A stretch of 32,000 bases of DNA, from the NCBI GenBank assembly GCA_020160975.1, contig JAIUPJ010000001.1, positions 570,001 through 602,000 on the forward strand, given 5' to 3'. The notes under the pieces were generated by a model. That model was not told the origin of the DNA, searched no databases, and saw nothing but the letters and a program-made list of their open reading frames with translations. Origin of the DNA: Candidatus Saccharimonadota bacterium (GTDB taxonomy: Bacteria > Patescibacteriota > Saccharimonadia > Saccharimonadales > Saccharimonadaceae). Below, in pieces: positions 14,649 through 23,520 of this stretch; the stretch's first letter is position 1, and every line of letters begins with the position of its first letter. Made by a program: the position numbers and the translations under genes.

Positions 14649-15583
14649 GGTGATAGTTCCTGTTGGTTGGCCCCGCCTGTATGAAGGATAAGAGCCGGCT
14701 CTCGCGACGAGTGTTTTTCTCGCGAGAGCTGTATTGCTGCCGCACAAACTTTGAGCATGTATACTGAATCAAAGAAGTATCCCTTGTCTCGCAGCTCTTT
14801 TTGAAGCAAGAGCTGCTCGGATGTGGCGACACCGTAGCCCCCTCCTAGGGCGCCTTCATAAAACTGGGGTAGGTCGGGTATGTATGTCCCATCTCCATCT
14901 GCCATATGACCAAAGAGTCTGGCTGTGGTGTCTCTGAAGAAGCTTGAGTTATTGGCCACGACAATGCCGGTTATGCGATTTGTGTGACCAAGAAGTGCAT
15001 CTTGGAAGGCGGCACCAGCAACTGTTCCTCCTGTGCCTGCTGCAATGTAGACATCATTGAATACAATACCAAGTGCTTCCTCCTGTTCAACTATCTCGCT
15101 TACGATATCTCTGCCTGCGCTGACAGTCTCGCTCGACGACAGGCCGGTAGGGGCATCATAGTAGAGGTCTGCGGCGATAGTAGCTGTGATTGTCTTGCGT
15201 TCTTCGGCAATGAGAGAGGGATCCCACTCTGGAAGGAGGTGGACTTCGGCTGCGCTAGCAAGGATTTTTGCGTAGTTTCCTTTCGGTTCAGTATCACCAT
15301 AAAGAATGAGATGGGGGGTGATTCCATACTGTGGCGCATAGAAGGCGACGCTCATGCAAGAATTTGACTGTGTTGTACCGTCGAGAATAATGTGTCGTAC
15401 GCCTGTCGCTTGGAGGCACGGTAGGAGTTTCTCTAACTTTCGTACTTTGTTGCCTGACCCAATATCATCTGCGGCGTCCTCTCTCTTGAGATAGATACCT
15501 CTGTTGCATAACAAGGAGAGGGGTGCGCAGTACTCGATCCGTGTTGGCCACGCTGTATTTAGATTAGGGTGTTTACTATTCAT
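14645..15583 (-). CDS. PLP-dependent enzyme, ACC deaminase/D-cysteine desulfhydrase family (tryptophan-synthase-beta fold)
   Basis: The motif IGSGNKVRKLEKLL matches the GGNK(T/x)RKLE PLP-lysine motif of this family, and a glycine-rich AAGTGGTVAG loop is present. The probable start is the ATG at 15583 (MNSKHPNLNTAWPTRIEY), which overlaps the upstream stop by 8 nt. The ORF track start is 15610. Confidence 0.8.
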   Translation of the reverse strand: MNSKHPNLNTAWPTRIEYCAPLSLLCNRGIYLKREDAADDIGSGNKVRKLEKLLPCLQATGVRHIILDGTTQSNSCMSVAFYAPQYGITPHLILYGDTEPKGNYAKILASAAEVHLLPEWDPSLIAEERKTITATIAADLYYDAPTGLSSSETVSAGRDIVSEIVEQEEALGIVFNDVYIAAGTGGTVAGAAFQDALLGHTNRITGIVVANNSSFFRDTTARLFGHMADGDGTYIPDLPQFYEGALGGGYGVATSEQLLLQKELRDKGYFFDSVYMLKVCAAAIQLSREKHSSREPALILHTGGANQQELSP

Positions 15584-16808
15584 GAAGATAAGCACGCTGT
15601 ATATCATCAATTGGGGTTACGCGCTCTACAAGATGCGGAAAGCATAGTTCCACGGACATCTTTTCTAGTCCCTCAAACACACAGTGGATGCCAGCATCAA
15701 GACTGCCTAGTGCATCTGACGCGGCGGTTATGTGTGTGAGTAGGGTGAGTGTGAATGTAAGCGCCATGAGAGTAGAAGGGTTGCCGCCGCCCGCGATGAA
15801 ATTCAAGAGAGCTCCATCACATAATGAATAGACATGACGCCCGTCATCAAGTGTGAATTCATCAGTGAACTGATTGAGCCTGCGTTGCTTAGCCGTCTTC
15901 TTTAAAAACAGCACGTCGTATTCTTTGTTGCCGTGGCCGATATTTGCGAGTATGATGCCATCTTTCGCATGGGCCTGAATCAATGCACCTGATATGGTGT
16001 TAATGCAGCCCGTTGCAGTGATGCAGATGTCCGAAGAGGCTAATGCGTCTGCGAGTGAGGTCGGTATGAATCCCTCAAGCTCGGCCTGCATTAGGTAGAT
16101 AATGTCTTGTTCGACTATCGAAACGCGAGCGCCTAATGATCGGAGGGCATTTGCGGCGCCCTTACCGACAGGTCCGTATCCGCAGACTGTAATGTTCTTT
16201 CCTGCTATGGTGATGCCGCACTGAGTGAGTGCATGTACGATTGATTGCTGAATACCGATATAATTATCAAACCATTGCTTTGTAAAGCTGTGGTTGATAT
16301 TGATTGCCGGCACTGCGAGTCGACTGCGTTTATGAAGTGTCTTGAGATGATTAATACCACAAGTCGTCTGCTCTGAAATAATGCGCACCCTTTCCATGAC
16401 TTCTGGCCTATTTTTTATGATATGCCTTGTGATGTCGCACCCATCATCAATAATTTGAATGTTGTTTTGTCCTGTAAGCGCATCAATAGCGTTATCCATA
16501 GCAGAGTGGTACTCCTCAGAGGACATATTTGATTTGGCGAAGATGGCAATTCCTTCTGATTTAAGAAAGCTTACGACATCATCATCAGATGCGTACTGGT
16601 TATCTGCGCACGCTGCAACCACTGCACCAAGATCACGAAGTGCCATGAGTAGTACACCAGTCTGAGGAGTCGGAGTGACACAGACAAGGAGGGACTTGCT
16701 CTGTAGTGGTGAGTCGGAGGCGTAATTTTCAACCAATTGACGTATACCAGCCATCTCTCTTGCCGCCGTTTCGATTTTCTCTTTTCCTAATGTAATATGT
16801 GAAATCAT
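15576..16808 (-). CDS. S-adenosyl-L-homocysteine hydrolase (adenosylhomocysteinase) family protein, divergent
   Basis: 410 aa with SD GGAG upstream. AHCY-like motifs are IIDDGCDI (DDGGD), EQTTCG (EETTTG), NHSFTKQWFDNYIG (ND..TKSKFDN.YG), GYGPVGKGAA (NAD-binding) and IGHGNKEYD (GHFD.EI). Confidence 0.8.
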   Translation of the reverse strand: MISHITLGKEKIETAAREMAGIRQLVENYASDSPLQSKSLLVCVTPTPQTGVLLMALRDLGAVVAACADNQYASDDDVVSFLKSEGIAIFAKSNMSSEEYHSAMDNAIDALTGQNNIQIIDDGCDITRHIIKNRPEVMERVRIISEQTTCGINHLKTLHKRSRLAVPAININHSFTKQWFDNYIGIQQSIVHALTQCGITIAGKNITVCGYGPVGKGAANALRSLGARVSIVEQDIIYLMQAELEGFIPTSLADALASSDICITATGCINTISGALIQAHAKDGIILANIGHGNKEYDVLFLKKTAKQRRLNQFTDEFTLDDGRHVYSLCDGALLNFIAGGGNPSTLMALTFTLTLLTHITAASDALGSLDAGIHCVFEGLEKMSVELCFPHLVERVTPIDDIQRAYLHE

Positions 16809-16963
16809 AACTGCTCCATAAATGATTTTGTAATTATATACTAATTAGATATATAAAGCAAGAGTAACGCAATATTTTTTAGATGAGCTAGGGATAATGA
16901 GATTTTGTGCTCCTGTTTTCTCATGAATAAGAGCGTAAGAGAGGTCGATCTTTCTGCTACAAT

Positions 16964-17179
16964 ATGACTATGCAGAAAATCGCTACACGTGTATTTATCT
17001 ATGCCTCAATCGCCTTTGGTATCGTCGGAATGCTGATCGTGCTGACATCTGGCGGGCCCGACACGCGCGATACGCCACTCACGGAGACTTTGATTCGAAT
17101 CCTCTTCGCGATCGTGTTTGTCATTTTGCCGTCATTTGCACTGAGCGTGGCTGGCAAATATCTCGGCGGCAAGTTCTAA
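16964..17179 (+). CDS. small membrane protein (2 TM)
   Basis: 71-aa ORF. TGCTACAAT ends at 16963, so the second ATG at 16970 (6 nt after the -10) is the more likely leaderless start. Two hydrophobic helices. Confidence 0.55.
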   Translation: MTMQKIATRVFIYASIAFGIVGMLIVLTSGGPDTRDTPLTETLIRILFAIVFVILPSFALSVAGKYLGGKF

Positions 17180-18261
17180 GCTTTGTCCCACCAGTTTTCG
17201 GTAGGGAGTGAGTCCGCTTTGAATTTCACGGTCTCGCCAATTTTTGGCGTGATGATCGTGAGCTGCGATTTTTTGCTAGCAGCGAGAACGCGCTCAATCG
17301 GATCAGTCCACGCGTGAAATGCAAGCGCAAATCCACCCCAATGCATAGGAACCATGCGCGTACTGCGCAAATCGAGGCAAGCCTGTGCTGTCTCCTCTGG
17401 TGCCATATGGACAGCTGGCCATAGCGGGCCGTACTGCCCGCATTCGAGAAGTGCTAGGTCAAATGCACCATACTTGTCACCAATTTCTTTGAAGTGTGGC
17501 CCGTAGCCGCTATCGCCGCTAAAAAATAGTTTAGTATCCTTACTTTGGATCACCCATGACGCCCAGAGGGTGGCGAAGCGGTCGGTCAGTGTACGACCAG
17601 AGAAATGCCGTGACGGCGTGCAGATGAAATCGATGCCGTCAATCGACGAGGTATCCCACCAGTCGAGCTCGACGATCTTGTCATCTGTTACACCCCATTT
17701 CTCTAGGTGGGCGGCGAGACCAATCGGTACAAAGAATTTCTTTGTTTTGTGCGCCAACTGTTTGATGGAGTCGTAGTCGAGATGATCGTAGTGGTCATGC
17801 GAAATTACCACCATATCGATAGCCGGTAGCTGATCGATCGTGGCTGGCAGGGATTTGCTAAACCGCTCTGGCCCCAAGAACTGAAACGGCGAGGCGCGTC
17901 GGCTGAGCATAGGGTCGAGCAATATCGTCTTGCCATCTAGCTGCAACAAAAATGCCGAATGGCCAAACCAGGTGATGTGTGGTTGGCGAGAGGTTGCAAG
18001 GCTTTCGATATCGAGCCGTTCGGGTACGAGCGGCTGCCGAGGACGACGATTGGGGTGTGGCGCAAACTGCTTGCTGAGCATGGCGGGAATGGCAGCAAAC
18101 GATAGGCCCATAGGCGTCGGGATTTGATTGACGAATTTGCCGTTTTTGAACTGTGACGAGCGCCTCTTGACGCTAGCCGAGGCCTTGCCGCCAAATGGTC
18201 GGTACAGGTGAAAAAACAAGGAGATAGAGATAACCGCAGCGATGACAAGAAAAATATACAT
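17176..18261 (-). CDS. MBL-fold metallo-hydrolase (NAPE-PLD-like), N-terminal membrane anchor
   Basis: 361 aa. Family motifs are ITWFGHSAFLLQLDGKTILLDP and VVISHDHYDHLD (HxHxDH metal motif). Confidence 0.85.
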   Translation of the reverse strand: MYIFLVIAAVISISLFFHLYRPFGGKASASVKRRSSQFKNGKFVNQIPTPMGLSFAAIPAMLSKQFAPHPNRRPRQPLVPERLDIESLATSRQPHITWFGHSAFLLQLDGKTILLDPMLSRRASPFQFLGPERFSKSLPATIDQLPAIDMVVISHDHYDHLDYDSIKQLAHKTKKFFVPIGLAAHLEKWGVTDDKIVELDWWDTSSIDGIDFICTPSRHFSGRTLTDRFATLWASWVIQSKDTKLFFSGDSGYGPHFKEIGDKYGAFDLALLECGQYGPLWPAVHMAPEETAQACLDLRSTRMVPMHWGGFALAFHAWTDPIERVLAASKKSQLTIITPKIGETVKFKADSLPTENWWDKA

Positions 18262-18291
18262 TTCTTACAGTGTAGCAAATCGCGAAATCAA

Positions 18292-18561
18292 TCAGAGATA
18301 TTTTGCTTGAACATGATGCCTATTGATGCCGTTGACGAGATTATTAAAGCCATAGTTGCGAAGAATGTGCATCGAACTATTCGACCGTGAGCCACTGATG
18401 CAATAGAGGATGATTTCGGTGTCTTTTGATATGTTTGCTAGTTCTTCTGGCAGCCCTGCAAGGAGCTTTGCGGGCGGAATATTCAGCGCTCCATCAATGT
18501 GGCCTGCCTTGTACTCAAAGGGCTCGCGTACATCGATAATTAGTCGTGTCGGCATCATCAC
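18292..18561 (-). CDS. rhodanese-like domain protein
   Basis: 89 aa. Pattern IIDVREPFEYKAGHIDGALNIP, with active-site loop YCISGSRS (CxxGxRS). Confidence 0.85.
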   Translation of the reverse strand: MMMPTRLIIDVREPFEYKAGHIDGALNIPPAKLLAGLPEELANISKDTEIILYCISGSRSNSSMHILRNYGFNNLVNGINRHHVQAKYL

Positions 18562-18857
18562 TCGCCACTTCTTTTTGTGAGAATAGCTTGTACGGATGGG
18601 CTAATCTGTTTGTCGGTGCGATGAGTGCAACCGATCCAGCAGCACGGACGGCGCGCTCCTTTCGATAGCTTATCAAATGCAATATCGACGCGCCTGGCTC
18701 GAGTCTCGGGTTTTTTTGCATCCGTCACCCAGCAGTTAAATTCATTTCGTGCGAGCGGTGTGATGTCGCCCCACGCAGCCCATACGGCACTATTGGCCTT
18801 GAGCTTGTCACGAAGGTCATTTGGGGTTTTGTGGACGGTGCCCTGAGGGGTGTTCAT
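18558..18857 (-). CDS. YdeI/OmpD-associated family protein (small, basic)
   Basis: The ORF track starts at 19037. I prefer the ATG at 18857 (MNTPQGTVHKTPNDLRDKLKAN..AVWAAWGDITPLARNEFNCWV), which follows TATAAT plus 7 nt. The stop overlaps the rhodanese start (ATGA). Confidence 0.7.
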   Translation of the reverse strand: MNTPQGTVHKTPNDLRDKLKANSAVWAAWGDITPLARNEFNCWVTDAKKPETRARRVDIAFDKLSKGARRPCCWIGCTHRTDKQISPSVQAILTKRSGE

Positions 18858-18930
18858 GTATTTTATTATATCAATAGATCTGTGAATTTTGTTACAGCAC
18901 CTCACCCGACCGAAGAACATAGTGGAGGCT

Positions 18931-19494
18931 ATGAATAACGAAACACGAAATATTTCTATGCCGGTTGCTATCAAGGTGCTGCTGGGAGTGCTACTCGTCG
19001 GTATCATTGGTCTACTGCTATGGCAGGCGGGTCGCACAAATCAAAACCAGCAAGTACAACCAACAATTAGTGCGACAACTAGTGAGACTAACTCGCAATC
19101 AACAGAACAGTCAGCAGAGACAATCAGTGCAAAGACGGGTATCGTGAAAGGAACTGCTATATACCCATCAGAGGGCTATCCGGCAGACTTTAAAGTCTGT
19201 GTGCTGAATGAGTCTACAAGGGCCGAGATTGTCTGCGATAGTGCGATGGCGGGCAAAACGGGCATGCAGACGTATGAAATGACGGTTACGCCCGGCAGGT
19301 ACTTGGTGGCTGCCAAGACTGGCGACATGACGGGATACTACGATGAGTATATGAAGAATGAGAGCTACAAAAGCAGTAATGCAACTGTCTGTGATGCAAA
19401 CTATTACACACCAATTGTGGTCGAAGTTGAAGCAGGCAAGACCCTCGACGGCATCACGGCGGGTGACTTTTATTACGAACATGAGAATTGTTAG
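18931..19494 (+). CDS. N-terminally anchored hypothetical protein
   Basis: ATG at 18931 follows GGAGG; the ORF track start at 18889 is less likely. It has a TM helix (VAIKVLLGVLLVGIIGLLLW), a Q/T/S-rich linker and a beta-rich C-terminal domain. Confidence 0.7.
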   Translation: MNNETRNISMPVAIKVLLGVLLVGIIGLLLWQAGRTNQNQQVQPTISATTSETNSQSTEQSAETISAKTGIVKGTAIYPSEGYPADFKVCVLNESTRAEIVCDSAMAGKTGMQTYEMTVTPGRYLVAAKTGDMTGYYDEYMKNESYKSSNATVCDANYYTPIVVEVEAGKTLDGITAGDFYYEHENC

Positions 19495-19604
19495 TGTATG
19501 GCGGGACGAGCCGCATGCAAGCCACTCGGTATCTATACCGTTGGCCACTCGACTCACCCTGACGCCATTTGCGGTCGTTAACGGCACGAAGGTTACCTAT
19601 CCCA

Positions 19605-20198
19605 ATGACGGCAACTAACTTCCCGGATTTTTTGACCGAACCAGTAGATGTGGTTGCTCGAAAACTACTGGGCTGTATGTTTGTGCGCGAAATTGACGAC
19701 CGGGTTATTCGGGTGAGAATTGTCGAAACTGAAGCCTACGATCAAGAAGACGAAGCGAGCCATGCCTTTGGCGGCCAGACAACGCGTAACGCTACGATGT
19801 TTCGGGACGCGGGACATCTGTATGTGTATTTCACCTATGGTATGCATCATTGTTGCAATGTGGTGACGGGGGGAGCGGGCCGCGGGTCGGGTGTATTAAT
19901 TCGCGCTGTTGAGCCACTGGACAATCGTGAGTTTTTGGAAGCGCGGCGTGGTGTGAGTGGTGCGAATGTGACGAACGGGCCTGGCAAGGTCACTCAGGCG
20001 CTGGGTATCGATCGTGCACTCGATGGCCATGATCTTCATCGCGCACCCTTGCTTCTAGTCCAAGGTATGCTCTACGCTGGAGAGACAGTAAGCACTTCGC
20101 CGCGCATCGGTATCTCGAAAGCAAAAGACGTGCGCCGCCGATTTTTTATCGCTGGACATCCTTATGTGTCGCGTTCGCCACACAACAATTTGCGGTAA
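19605..20198 (+). CDS. mpg: DNA-3-methyladenine glycosylase (Mpg/AAG family)
   Basis: Family motifs are VARKLLGC, RIVETEAYDQEDEASHAFGGQTTRNATMF, GHLYVYFTYGMHHCCNVV and GPGKVTQALGID. The start is taken at the ATG at 19605. Confidence 0.9.
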   Translation: MTATNFPDFLTEPVDVVARKLLGCMFVREIDDRVIRVRIVETEAYDQEDEASHAFGGQTTRNATMFRDAGHLYVYFTYGMHHCCNVVTGGAGRGSGVLIRAVEPLDNREFLEARRGVSGANVTNGPGKVTQALGIDRALDGHDLHRAPLLLVQGMLYAGETVSTSPRIGISKAKDVRRRFFIAGHPYVSRSPHNNLR

Positions 20199-20210
20199 AA
20201 TAGAATAAAC

Positions 20211-20843
20211 ATGAAGAGGATGCAGCAATCAGTGCGACGGTATATTCGACGTGTCACGCGCACCCGAAGTGGTGGTGTGATTGTGCTTGGAGTCTTGATG
20301 CTGTTTGCTGTAGGATTTTTGCTAGAAAGGAATACGATGAATGCGAATTATAGTGAATTACTAAGTATCATCGCTGAGGGCGAAAGCAAAGGAAATTACA
20401 ATGCGTATTTTGGTCACGCGGGCAACACATCGATTGACTTCACGAACATGACTGTTGGCGAAGTACTGCAATGGCAGCATGACTTTGTAGCGGGCGGTCA
20501 GCCGAGTAATGCCGTGGGTAAATATCAATTTATTCGCCCGACGCTAGAGGGTTTGGTGAATGAACTTGGTGTAGGAAGAGATGGATTGTTTGACGAGGCG
20601 CTCCAAGATCGTCTGGCGATTCACTTGCTTGAGCGCCGCGGCGTACGCGAGTATGTACGCGGACACATTACCCGTGAGCAATTTGCACACAATTTATCGA
20701 TGGAATGGGCCGCTCTGCCACGGGTAATTGGCAGGAACCCAGGCGCTAGCTACTATGATGGCGATGGGCTCAACAAAGCGCAAGTAAGTATCGATGTCGT
20801 GTTGGCGGCAATCGATAGTCTTCGCGCGACTACAAGCGTATAG
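20211..20843 (+). CDS. membrane-anchored lysozyme-like/lytic-transglycosylase-superfamily protein
   Basis: 210 aa with an N-terminal TM helix. It has a catalytic-type AEGESKGNYNAY... segment and a later GKYQF segment. I can only place it at superfamily level. Confidence 0.6.
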   Translation: MKRMQQSVRRYIRRVTRTRSGGVIVLGVLMLFAVGFLLERNTMNANYSELLSIIAEGESKGNYNAYFGHAGNTSIDFTNMTVGEVLQWQHDFVAGGQPSNAVGKYQFIRPTLEGLVNELGVGRDGLFDEALQDRLAIHLLERRGVREYVRGHITREQFAHNLSMEWAALPRVIGRNPGASYYDGDGLNKAQVSIDVVLAAIDSLRATTSV

Positions 20844-20949
20844 CGAGGTGTCAAGGAGAGCGACACAGCACGTCGAAGGTGATTCCAAGAAAGATAAATG
20901 GTCTAGTTATAGGGTCGATATCGGTTTGAGGTACTGGCCGGCCTCTGTA

Positions 20950-21204
20950 CTATTTTTGACGTTTTTTCAGCCGTTCGTATTCGTTGTCGACGGAATACAA
21001 TGATGAAGCGTGAATGAAGCTGCCGACTAGAAAGATGCCTGTGCCAAAGGTTACCCATAGCGGCCACCACGAACCGCTTTTGTCGGTGAGAAAGTAGATC
21101 GCCCAACAGATGACATTGGCGAGAATAAAACCAAGGAGTGATTCTTTGAATTGTACGCGTCGTTTCGCCTGCTCATAGAGTTTTTTGTCGTGGTCGTCTG
21201 CCAT
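20950..21204 (-). CDS. 2TM domain-containing small membrane protein
   Basis: 84 aa. The pattern YEQAKRRVQFKESLLGFILANVICWAIYFLTD...WWPLWVTFGTGIFLV matches the 2TM-domain layout. Confidence 0.7.
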   Translation of the reverse strand: MADDHDKKLYEQAKRRVQFKESLLGFILANVICWAIYFLTDKSGSWWPLWVTFGTGIFLVGSFIHASSLYSVDNEYERLKKRQK

Positions 21205-21300
21205 TGAATTCTCCTTGGGTTATTGTCATTTCAGTATACCATAGGCGCATGCACACAATCTGTGATCAGTCCGAACTCGCCTAGCCTGTATAATAGTGGT

Positions 21301-22053
21301 ATGGCAGAGAACAAGACAAGGCCCACGAGCATCAGTGTTGACACATTCCTAACGACTGTTGACGACAAGCGACAAGCTGAAGCGCGGATACTCATCAAGC
21401 TCATGCAGCAAATTTCGGGTGAGAAGCCAGTGATGTGGGGGCCAAGCATTATCGGGTTTGGTACGCATCACTACAAGAGTGAGGCAGGAAAGGAGGGCGA
21501 TACGGCACTGCTCGGATTTAGCCCCAGGAAGACCAGTTTGACGATCTATTTTTATGAAGGGTTCGATAGGTATGGCAAAGAGCTTGAAAAACTTGGGAAG
21601 CACAAGACCAGCAAAGGCTGTCTGTATATCAATAAGCTTGCCGACATTGACATGCAGGTACTGACGTCAATGGTGCAACAATCGTATCTGCTTGCGACAA
21701 CACCACAGAAAAAAATAATGTCTGTGAACGAATATATTGAGTCGATACCCAACGCTGCCCGAGCTAAATTTGACGAGCTGCGCGAGCTGGTGCGCGATGC
21801 GTTTCCTGAAGGAAATGAGGTGGTGAGCTATGGGATTATTGGCTATAAACAAGGGGACAAGCGTGCGAGAGTGTTTGTGAGCGGATGGAAGGATCATGTG
21901 GCGATGTATCCAGTTCCAAAAGACCCTGATTTGCAGCGTGAACTAGCGCCATACCTTATAGGTAAAGGTACGTTGTGGTTTTCTCTCGATGCGCCACTGC
22001 CTAAAAAATTATTACAAGATGCTGTGCAGGCACTAACTTCTACAGGAGAATAG
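21301..22053 (+). CDS. tandem DUF1801 (YdhG-like) domain protein
   Basis: ATG at 21301 lies 6 nt after TGTATAAT. The N-terminal domain is VDTFLTTVDDKRQAEARILIKLMQQISGEKPVMWGPSIIGFG. The second domain is VNEYIESIPNAARAKFDELRELVRDAFPEGNEVVSYG. Confidence 0.8.
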   Translation: MAENKTRPTSISVDTFLTTVDDKRQAEARILIKLMQQISGEKPVMWGPSIIGFGTHHYKSEAGKEGDTALLGFSPRKTSLTIYFYEGFDRYGKELEKLGKHKTSKGCLYINKLADIDMQVLTSMVQQSYLLATTPQKKIMSVNEYIESIPNAARAKFDELRELVRDAFPEGNEVVSYGIIGYKQGDKRARVFVSGWKDHVAMYPVPKDPDLQRELAPYLIGKGTLWFSLDAPLPKKLLQDAVQALTSTGE

Positions 22054-22057
22054 ATAG

Positions 22058-22459
22058 ATGGAGTTGATAATAAAACTGTTGATTGCCGGTGGTGTAATGG
22101 GTGTGCTTGATTTTGTTTGGCTTGGATTTGTAGCGAAAAGCTTGTATCACAAAGAAATGGGATCGATATTGCTCGAGAAATTTAATATGGTGCCGGCACT
22201 GGTGTTTTATGTCATTTATGTCATCGGCGTGGTGATGTTTGTTGTCAATCCTGCGCTTGAGAAGCTGTCACTCTTACATGCGCTTGGCTACGGCGCGTTA
22301 TTTGGACTAGTGGCATATGCGACGTACGATCTCACGAGTCTCGCGGTCATAAAAGGCTTTAGTACGAAAATTGTCGTCATCGACATGCTATGGGGTATGG
22401 CGATCACAGCGGCAGTATCAGGTGGCACGTATCTCGTGGTGCGACAATGGCTGAGCTAG
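22058..22459 (+). CDS. DUF2177 family membrane protein
   Basis: 133 aa. The patterns VLDFVWLGFVAKSLYHKEMG and GALFGLVAYATYDLTSLAVIKGF match the family pattern as I remember it. Confidence 0.8.
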   Translation: MELIIKLLIAGGVMGVLDFVWLGFVAKSLYHKEMGSILLEKFNMVPALVFYVIYVIGVVMFVVNPALEKLSLLHALGYGALFGLVAYATYDLTSLAVIKGFSTKIVVIDMLWGMAITAAVSGGTYLVVRQWLS

Positions 22460-23226
22460 GGCAGTCATTTGTGCTAGCGCTCGTGGCGGCGCTGGTGTGG
22501 CAGCGAATCATGTTTATGATCGGCAAGCGACTCGAACGAATCGACGTGGTTGATGTCGGCTGGGGACTGACATTTATCGTTATCGCCGTTGTGATGGCTA
22601 TCCTACATTCCCCAGTGAATATTGCAGGGGCGATCGTGATGGCTCTCGTGATAATGTGGGGTGGACGACTCTCATGGCATATCGGGCAGCGATTTCGGCG
22701 CAGCCGGGTGCAAGACCCTCGCTACACGAACCTAGTTCGTCACTATTCTCCACCACTCTTTTGGGTGCATGTGTATGTGAGGATATTTATCGTTCAGGCG
22801 CTGCTTGCCACTATCGTTAGCCTTCCAGTCATCGCGGTACTGACCGCGCAGCCCGCTATGAGCATGGTGGTGTATGCAGGGATGGCAGTCTGGATAGTAG
22901 GGTTTGTGTGTGAAGTAGTAGCTGACGCACAGCTCAAGTCATTTCTTCGGACGGCAAAAAAGAATGAGCTGATGATGACAGGCCTATGGAAGTATTCAAG
23001 GCATCCAAATTATTTTGGTGAGATGCTGATGTGGTGGGGACTAGCTATCTTCAGCTGCACAACACCGTATGGGTGGCTGGGAATCGTCGGCGCACTTGTC
23101 ATCACGGCGCTGTTGGCATTTGTATCGGGTGTACCGCCAGCCGAAGCTCGAGCTGCCAGCAAAAAAGGCTGGAAAGCATATAAAGCTTCGACGTCAGTGC
23201 TCGTGCCGTGGTGGCCGCGCGGCTAG
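22447..23226 (+). CDS. DUF1295 (steroid-5-alpha-reductase/ICMT-like) membrane protein
   Basis: The motif GLWKYSRHPNYFGEMLMWWGLA is diagnostic of this fold. The start is taken at the ATG at 22447, a 13-nt overlap with the upstream gene. The ORF track start is 22390. Confidence 0.8.
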   Translation: MAELGQSFVLALVAALVWQRIMFMIGKRLERIDVVDVGWGLTFIVIAVVMAILHSPVNIAGAIVMALVIMWGGRLSWHIGQRFRRSRVQDPRYTNLVRHYSPPLFWVHVYVRIFIVQALLATIVSLPVIAVLTAQPAMSMVVYAGMAVWIVGFVCEVVADAQLKSFLRTAKKNELMMTGLWKYSRHPNYFGEMLMWWGLAIFSCTTPYGWLGIVGALVITALLAFVSGVPPAEARAASKKGWKAYKASTSVLVPWWPRG

Positions 23227-23465
23227 TCGACGATAGGGAGCGCATCCTCGGGCAGATTCATGATGGCAGCAAAACGATCAAGTTGTTGAAATTTGCAGTA
23301 GGGAATACGCCTACCATCAACGCTGTAAACGCGGTAGTAATGGTCGAAATGCCTGGTTTCGCCCTTAAAGTTCTTGGCGGTAGTCGGCTCGTTGATACGC
23401 TTGATATACCAGTTTTCGTGTCTGTCTAAGATGCGTTTAATTTTTGCGTAGTGATTGAATGACAT
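23223..23465 (-). CDS. hypothetical small basic protein
   Basis: 80-aa ORF convergent with the DUF1295 gene (4-nt stop overlap). TATGAT lies upstream. No family recognised. Confidence 0.5.
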   Translation of the reverse strand: MSFNHYAKIKRILDRHENWYIKRINEPTTAKNFKGETRHFDHYYRVYSVDGRRIPYCKFQQLDRFAAIMNLPEDALPIVD

Positions 23466-23520
23466 TGTATTCTTATCATACCGTACCAGCTCGTTTCGTG
23501 ATTACTGATACAATAATCTG

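Noticed and set aside
12613-16665. Plus-strand ORFs inside the minus-strand operon (e.g. 12613..12819, 14098..14316, 14984..15367, 16459..16665)
   Set aside because: All are embedded antisense within longer ORFs that carry recognisable family motifs or coupled start/stop overlaps. None has start signals.
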